Shown one piece after another: positions 27,960 to 33,648 of a stretch of DNA of 33,648 bases. Location: assembly GCA_035655255.1 (NCBI GenBank), contig DASRUW010000003.1, positions 1 through 33,648 of the forward strand, in the 5' to 3' direction. This DNA comes from Telluria sp. GTDB taxonomy: Bacteria; Pseudomonadota; Gammaproteobacteria; Burkholderiales; Burkholderiaceae_D. Made by a program: the position numbers and the translations under genes. The notes beneath the pieces were generated by a model that saw only the letters and a list, made by a program, of their open reading frames with translations, searched no databases and was not told where the DNA came from. Numbering within the stretch: the first letter of the stretch is position 1; each line of letters starts with the position of its first letter.

Positions 27960-29855
27960 TCACTCCTCCTCTTGCAAGCGCAGGAAGGCGTCGAACATCA
28001 GCAGGGCCCAGATCGGCGAGGAGTAGTCACGTCGGCCTGCTTGATGCTGCTCCACGAGTTCGCTCAGGACCGCCCGATCGAAGTATCCTGTATCGGCCAG
28101 CCGGTCTCCGCATAGCGTCTCGCGGACTTGCTCGCGCAGCGGGCCCCGGAACCACGCCTCCAGCGGCACGGAAAAGCCCTGTTTGCGCCGGTACAGGATC
28201 GATGCAGGAAGATAGCGTTCCAGGCTTCGCTTGAACACGAACTTGCCTTCACCCCGGCGCAACTTGAACGCGGAGGGCAGGCTGGCGATCCATTCGACCA
28301 GCTTGTGATCGAGCAGCGGGCCACGCACTTCCAGGGCATGGGCCATCGACGCCCGGTCCACCTTCGTCAGGATATCTCCGGGCAGATAGGTTTTCAGGTC
28401 GAGGTATTGCAGGAGCGCGAGCGGATCGTCCGCCGGAGCGCGCACGGCATGGCCGCGAAAGGTCGCCAGCGCGGAATAGCCCTGCAAAGCGCTCCGCATG
28501 GAAGGCGAAAACAGGCGCGCTCGCAGCTCCGGACTGAGGAGGGATACTCCCCTATGGTAGGCGTCGACCAGGTCGCGCGCGAGTCCCTGGAAGGTTGTCT
28601 TTGCGCGCAGAAAGCGCGGAGCCCAGTCTGCCTTCGGGTACGCGCGTCCGAGCATACCGAACATCGCACCCCGCCAGGCAGCCGGAATTCGCCGTCGTAC
28701 GCTATCCTCGGCCACCGCCAGCCGGTACCGGCGGTACCCGGCCAGGTGTTCGTCACCGCCATCGCCCGAGAGCGCCACGGTGACGCGCTCGCGCGCGAGC
28801 TGGCACACCCGGTAAGTCGGCAGCGCGGAACTGTCGGCGAACGGTTCGTCGTACAGGGCGGCCAGCAGATCCACCAGCCCTGTGTCGTCGGGATCCACCT
28901 GTCTGGTATGGTGCCGCGTTCGATACAGCGACGCGACCTCGCCCGCGAAGCGCGATTCGTCGTAGCGTGGATCGGGAAAGCCGATCGAGCAGGTCTCGAC
29001 CGGCTCGTTTCCCAACCCGGCCATCATCGCCACCACGGCGCTCGAATCGACCCCGCCCGAGAGAAATGCTCCCAGCGGCACGTCTGCGACCAGCCGCACG
29101 CGCACCGCCTCGCGCAGGCGCGCCACCAGCTCCGCGCACGCCTCGGTCAGGGACAGGGGGGGTGCCGGGACAAACGGCAGATCCCAATACTGGACTGGAA
29201 CGGCCCGGGGTGCACCGATCCGCTGAAGGAGAGTCCATCCCGGCGCGAGCTTGCGCGCGGCGTGGTAGATCGTCTTCGGGTCCGGGACATAGCCGAGCGC
29301 AAAATAGTCCTCGACCGCGGTCGGATCGACCGCACACGAAAATCCGGGCAGGCAGCGCAAGGCCTTGAGCTCGGAAGCGAAGCAGAGCAAACCGTCGTCC
29401 GTGAACGTGTAGTAGAGCGGCTTCACGCCCAGGCGGTCGCGCGCCAGGAACAGCGTGCCGCGCCGCCGGTCGAACACGGCGAAAGCAAACATGCCGCGAA
29501 AACGCTCGACGCAACGCACGCCCCATTCCTCCCATGCGTGCACGATCACCTCCGTGTCGCAGCGCGTGCGCAGTACGTGGCCGCAGTGCGCCAGCTCGGT
29601 GGCGAGCTCGCGGAAGTTGTAGATCTCCCCGTTGTAGGTCACGAGCACGCTGCCGTCCTCGTTCGCCATCGGCTGCCGTCCATTCTGGAGGTCGATGACC
29701 GAAAGACGGGTGTGGCCCAACGCGACCCCGGCCTCGGTGAACACGTCGTCTTCGTCCGGCCCGCGATGGCGAAGCGCTGCATTCATCCTGCGCACCAGCG
29801 CTGCGTCGATCGGCCTGCGTCCGGCGGTGTCGAAAATGCCAGCTATCCCGCACAT
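27960..29855 (-). CDS. asnB: Asparagine synthase-like glutamine amidotransferase (XrtA/PEP-CTERM-associated), 631 aa
   Basis: Ntn start MCGIAG at 29855 with GGGAGG RBS; HRGPD, YNGEIYN, RDRLGVKPLYY, LSGGVDSS, SGDGGDE, KVDRASM and RRKQGF motifs. Confidence 0.95.
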   Translation of the reverse strand: MCGIAGIFDTAGRRPIDAALVRRMNAALRHRGPDEDDVFTEAGVALGHTRLSVIDLQNGRQPMANEDGSVLVTYNGEIYNFRELATELAHCGHVLRTRCDTEVIVHAWEEWGVRCVERFRGMFAFAVFDRRRGTLFLARDRLGVKPLYYTFTDDGLLCFASELKALRCLPGFSCAVDPTAVEDYFALGYVPDPKTIYHAARKLAPGWTLLQRIGAPRAVPVQYWDLPFVPAPPLSLTEACAELVARLREAVRVRLVADVPLGAFLSGGVDSSAVVAMMAGLGNEPVETCSIGFPDPRYDESRFAGEVASLYRTRHHTRQVDPDDTGLVDLLAALYDEPFADSSALPTYRVCQLARERVTVALSGDGGDEHLAGYRRYRLAVAEDSVRRRIPAAWRGAMFGMLGRAYPKADWAPRFLRAKTTFQGLARDLVDAYHRGVSLLSPELRARLFSPSMRSALQGYSALATFRGHAVRAPADDPLALLQYLDLKTYLPGDILTKVDRASMAHALEVRGPLLDHKLVEWIASLPSAFKLRRGEGKFVFKRSLERYLPASILYRRKQGFSVPLEAWFRGPLREQVRETLCGDRLADTGYFDRAVLSELVEQHQAGRRDYSSPIWALLMFDAFLRLQEEE

Positions 29856-30985
29856 GCGACCCTCCCTGCCGTAGACCGCAACAAGCGCTCGTAGAGCCCT
29901 TGGTAAGCATTTACCATTGTCTGCATCCCGAATTCGCGCTCGACGCGATCCCTGCCCGCAGCGCCGTGGTGGGCCGCGAGCGCCGCGTCGATCACGTAAG
30001 GTTCGAGTGCGGCGGCGATGGCGCACGGCTGCGACGGCGGCACGAGGCGCCCCGTGACGCCGTCATCGACGATGTCCGGAACGCCGCCGACCCGCGTGGC
30101 GACCACCGGCAGCCCGGCCGCCATCGCTTCCAGTACCGCTCCGGGGCACCCTTCGGCGATCGAAGTCAATGCGAATACACGGAATTCATCGAGTACGTCG
30201 GGAATGTCGCTCCGCTCTCCCAGCAATCGGACCGCTCCGGCCAGGCCCATGCTACGGACACGCTCACGCAGCGGCTCCAGCAGCGGCCCGCCCCCGGCGA
30301 TTTGCAGGGACAGGCGGGGGCGCAAATGAGGCAGACGCTCGCGCAGGATCGCAAACGCCTCCACAAGGCAGTACGGATCCTTCACGGCCTGAAGGCGCGA
30401 GACAGATCCGATCACGATCGGCGCGCCATGCAGCGGAGTGGACCGACGGCCAAAGCGCGCCGGATCGACGCCGTTTGGCAAGAAGCAGGATTTGGCGGGC
30501 GAAACCTGCACAGCATCCCGCAGCCACGCCAGCATGTCGCGGGAATTGGCGTAGCAGCAGTCATACAGCGGGGCCGCAGCGCGCCGCAGAAGCAGGTGCC
30601 GGCGGCGCATGCCGTTCGGATCATCCGCCTCGCGGCCATGCGAGCCATGGATACAGACGGCCACCCCGGCCCAGCGCGCGGGCAGCACGTATTCGAGCGC
30701 CGCCAGGTTATAGGCATGCAGGACCTCAGGACGCAAACGGCGCAGGACGCGATATACCTCCCGATGCAGCCCCAGAGCGAGGCCAGACGGTTTGTGCAAG
30801 GCGACCAGTTCGACATCGCTGCGCCGGATGCGCTGTGCCATGGCGGGTTCGATTTCGGTAAGGCTCACCAGCGCATGCCGAAACGCCTGCGCCGGCATAC
30901 GGTTGATGCGCTCGATCAGCTGTATCTCCATGCCGCCAATTCCCAGGCGGTGCAGAAGATGCACGATCAAGGGCGGCCCGTTCAT
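29843..30985 (-). CDS. Glycosyltransferase family 4, PEP-CTERM/XrtA-associated type, 380 aa
   Basis: C-terminal part of ORF 29843..31957: MNGPPLIVHLLHRLGIGGME..., PNGVD, SRLQAVKD, EGCPGAVLEAMAAGLPVV; ATG 30985 overlaps the xrtA stop. Confidence 0.9.
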   Translation of the reverse strand: MNGPPLIVHLLHRLGIGGMEIQLIERINRMPAQAFRHALVSLTEIEPAMAQRIRRSDVELVALHKPSGLALGLHREVYRVLRRLRPEVLHAYNLAALEYVLPARWAGVAVCIHGSHGREADDPNGMRRRHLLLRRAAAPLYDCCYANSRDMLAWLRDAVQVSPAKSCFLPNGVDPARFGRRSTPLHGAPIVIGSVSRLQAVKDPYCLVEAFAILRERLPHLRPRLSLQIAGGGPLLEPLRERVRSMGLAGAVRLLGERSDIPDVLDEFRVFALTSIAEGCPGAVLEAMAAGLPVVATRVGGVPDIVDDGVTGRLVPPSQPCAIAAALEPYVIDAALAAHHGAAGRDRVEREFGMQTMVNAYQGLYERLLRSTAGRVACAG

Positions 30986-32484
30986 AGATTCCGATTCGCC
31001 GCCAGCACGGCATCCAATGGAACAGCGATTGCGCGAGAGAGATCCGCCAGGACGGCCCTGGCCTGTTCCGGACCGTCGTCCGCCGGCGCAAACAGGACCA
31101 CGCGCACCGCATCGTCCCGTCCCGTCGCCAGATGCTGTCGCACCTGGAGCAGCTTGGCGCGCCACCAGCTCGCCGTACTCTCGCCGCCCACCCGGTACCA
31201 AGTCCAGACCAGCAACCGCTGGTTGGCGCTCGCCAGCTCCGCTTCCGTCGACAGACCTGATCCGGCAACGGCAGGTATCGCGCGTATCTGGACCCAGCCG
31301 GTCTTTTCGTCGACCAGCCGATTGGTGGACGTGACAAGCCGCGCGCCGGTGCGCCGCTCGTCGCGGTAGTAGTACAGCATCACGCCACCGGCGCCGTGCG
31401 CAGTCCGAAACACATGACGCAGCTGCGCGCCTTGGCCGTACACAGGCTGCCAATCCGTGAACTCCAGCGCGGCCGGGCGCGCAACCGAAAAATTGACCAG
31501 CCGCGGGAGAGGCTGTGCCGACATGTCCCTTTCGAAGCGCGCCGCCAAAAATGGCCAGACCCAGAGCGCGGCGGCGCAGTAGACCGCCATGCGCGCGGAG
31601 GGCCACACCGATCCCGGCTCCGCTTCCGCCGTTACGCTGGCAGGTGCGGCGAGCCGGGGCACGTCGTCGCGCCAGCGCGAACCAGCCCAAAGCAAGGTAA
31701 GCATGACGATCGCGAAGAATACCCAGCCGTAGATCACGTGATCGAACCCGACCGCCAGCTGCATGCCGGACAAGTGGCCGATCATGACAACTCCATAGGC
31801 GCGCATGCCATTGGCAAGCAAGGGCACCAGGGCAGAAAGACCGACAAACGCCAACTGCCGCAGGCGCGAACGATAGCAAAGGTGCGCGAACAGCACACCC
31901 AGGGTGACCGACGAAATGAGGTAGCGCACCCCGCTGCACGCTTCGACCACGCTCCAATTCCCGCTGGGGAGAGCCAGCAGATTTCCTTCCCTAAGCACCG
32001 GAATGCCGGTCAAGTGCAGTGCGGCCACCGTGAAGCCTGCGGTCGAATCGATCAGAAACGGCACCAGCGCTTCGCCGAACGGCACGGCGAAGAGGATGAA
32101 CAGCAGCGGGAAACGCAAGGTTCGCGCGTAGGCGTCGCCGAGAACGGCGATCACGGTGACCGGCAATGCGAGAGCGAGCGCATACTGGCGTGCGGCGGCA
32201 ACGTCGGCCAGCTCTGCCACCAACCACAGGGCGCCGCAGGCCAGCACCAGGGCGAAGGCTCTGCGGTCCGGACGCGCCGTCAGTCCCGCCAGCGCTTGGC
32301 GCTGGCGCCAGATCAGGTACAAAGCGATCGGCAGGATCGTGTAACCATGTGCGAACGTATCGGACCTGGCCCATATCTTTGCCACCGAGGCAGCGGTTGG
32401 CGCGTAGATCAACAGCGGCAATGCCAGCAACGCCGCCACGGCTGCGAACCGGCGCGTCCCCGCAGTCAGCGCCGGCGGGCGCAT
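30982..32484 (-). CDS. xrtA: Exosortase A with C-terminal EpsI-like domain
   Basis: Multi-pass membrane protein with W.RSDTFAHG, catalytic Cys (VVEACSGVRY), Arg (ANGMRAY) and His (GFDHVIYGW), then a soluble domain with LVWTWY. Start is 32484 or 32511. Confidence 0.92.
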   Translation of the reverse strand: MRPPALTAGTRRFAAVAALLALPLLIYAPTAASVAKIWARSDTFAHGYTILPIALYLIWRQRQALAGLTARPDRRAFALVLACGALWLVAELADVAAARQYALALALPVTVIAVLGDAYARTLRFPLLFILFAVPFGEALVPFLIDSTAGFTVAALHLTGIPVLREGNLLALPSGNWSVVEACSGVRYLISSVTLGVLFAHLCYRSRLRQLAFVGLSALVPLLANGMRAYGVVMIGHLSGMQLAVGFDHVIYGWVFFAIVMLTLLWAGSRWRDDVPRLAAPASVTAEAEPGSVWPSARMAVYCAAALWVWPFLAARFERDMSAQPLPRLVNFSVARPAALEFTDWQPVYGQGAQLRHVFRTAHGAGGVMLYYYRDERRTGARLVTSTNRLVDEKTGWVQIRAIPAVAGSGLSTEAELASANQRLLVWTWYRVGGESTASWWRAKLLQVRQHLATGRDDAVRVVLFAPADDGPEQARAVLADLSRAIAVPLDAVLAANRNL

Positions 32485-32497
32485 GAGCGTCTTCTCT

Positions 32498-33646
32498 TCA
32501 GCGCGTTCCATCCTGGGCCTCCAGCAGTCTGCGCACCAGTCCAAGCTTGGCCGGCCAGGAATGATGTTCCAGCACGAACGCGCGGGCGCGCTCGCCCATG
32601 CCTGCATCGCCGCCGGCCAGAACGCTCGCCACTGCCTGCGCGAAAGCATCGGCGCCCTGCGCAAGAAGAATGTGCCTGCCGGGCTGCGCATCGATGCCCT
32701 CCGCAGCCTGTGGAGTCGCAACCACCGGCCGCGCCATCGCCATCGCTTCCAGGACCTTGTTCTGGATGCCGCGGGCGATCTTCAGTGGCGCCACCGACAC
32801 GTCGGCATGGGCCAGATACGGACGCACATCGGGCACCGCGCCGGTCACCTGCACGCCATCTACGCGAGCCAAGGTGGAGACGGCCGGACCGGGGCGCGCG
32901 CCCACAATCCAAAATACAGCCTCTGGATGCGCGCATCGCAGCGCGGGGAACACCTTGTGCACGAACCAGCGCACGGCCTGCGCATTCGGCCAATAGTCCA
33001 TCGCACCGCAAAAGACCACTGCCTTCCGCCCCTTGGCGAAGGGGTGGTCGTAGCAGCGGGCCGGCGAGAAATAATGGGCATCCACGCCGTTTTCGCAGAA
33101 CGCGGTCTTTGCCGCGCACTCCGGAGCGAGACAGCGGAACAGGTCAGCCTCGGATGCGGAGACGAAGAGCGCCGCGTGCGCACGGCCAGCCACCTGCCTT
33201 TCGTAGTCGAGTAGCGTCCTGCCTTCGCGCGCGTACAGCCAGCGCGACGCCAGCGGCTTGGCACGCGCGTAGGCGCGCCACTTTTCCGAATCCACATCGC
33301 AGAAGTCCACCACCACCCGCGCGCCTCTCGCCAGTTCCGCGTACTGCGCCATCTGCGAGGAGAAGACCATCACGCGCCGGATGACGTGGTGACGCACCTG
33401 CCGGGTCACCCATTCCGACATTGCACGGTCTCGGTAGTAGTCCAGGGAAAGCGGACGGTTCGTCAAGAGCGCCGGCAGGCAGCGCAGGCGGGCGATGCGG
33501 GGGTTGAGCGTCCCGAAGAAGCCTGCGCGGCACCAGCGCTCCACTTTCGGCACATAGTGGCGGTCATGCGGGTCGTCGATGAAAGTGCCGAGCAGGACGT
33601 TGTAGTGCTCCGACAGATGCCGGAGCAGATGGTACGAGCGGATCTT
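32498..33646 (-). CDS. Glycosyltransferase, PEP-CTERM/XrtA-associated type (5' end lies beyond the window)
   Basis: Frame stays open to the window edge (KIRSYHLLRHLS...GTFIDDP); VDFCDVDSEKW, ENGVD, GAMDYWPN and RGIQNKVLEAMAM motifs. Confidence 0.92.
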   Translation of the reverse strand, partial: KIRSYHLLRHLSEHYNVLLGTFIDDPHDRHYVPKVERWCRAGFFGTLNPRIARLRCLPALLTNRPLSLDYYRDRAMSEWVTRQVRHHVIRRVMVFSSQMAQYAELARGARVVVDFCDVDSEKWRAYARAKPLASRWLYAREGRTLLDYERQVAGRAHAALFVSASEADLFRCLAPECAAKTAFCENGVDAHYFSPARCYDHPFAKGRKAVVFCGAMDYWPNAQAVRWFVHKVFPALRCAHPEAVFWIVGARPGPAVSTLARVDGVQVTGAVPDVRPYLAHADVSVAPLKIARGIQNKVLEAMAMARPVVATPQAAEGIDAQPGRHILLAQGADAFAQAVASVLAGGDAGMGERARAFVLEHHSWPAKLGLVRRLLEAQDGTR

Positions 33647-33648
33647 GT

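Noticed and set aside
1-33648. CRISPR arrays, tRNA/rRNA genes, transposases, integrases or prophage genes
   Set aside because: None seen; almost all of the window is explained by the listed CDSs and short intergenic regions.

Overview
High-GC betaproteobacterial chromosomal segment; Oxalobacteraceae/Massilia-like is an inference from gene content and repeat type. From left to right: (1) a minus-strand Tad/Flp pilus locus (flp, cpaA, an extra AAA+ ATPase, cpaB, cpaC, a small lipoprotein, tadG-like, two tadE-like, cpaE, and cpaF running off the left edge), with two CRP/FNR-type class II promoter candidates; (2) a convergent GGDEF / HD-GYP pair; (3) a LysR regulator, a fused indolepyruvate:ferredoxin oxidoreductase-family gene and icmF with a perfect LiuR-type box; (4) a REP-like doublet, an isolated LacI gene and a small heptad-repeat protein; (5) a two-gene unit encoding a MoaD/ThiS-type ubiquitin-like protein (C-terminal GG) coupled to a cytoplasmic Asp-box beta-propeller with no E1 nearby, plus a divergent acidic hypothetical; (6) the 3' part of an exosortase A/PEP-CTERM-type exopolysaccharide cluster. 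The best candidates for an undescribed system are the Ubl + beta-propeller unit and the extra AAA+ ATPase with its own promoter inside the Tad locus. All calls come from reading motifs by eye; no database search was run.
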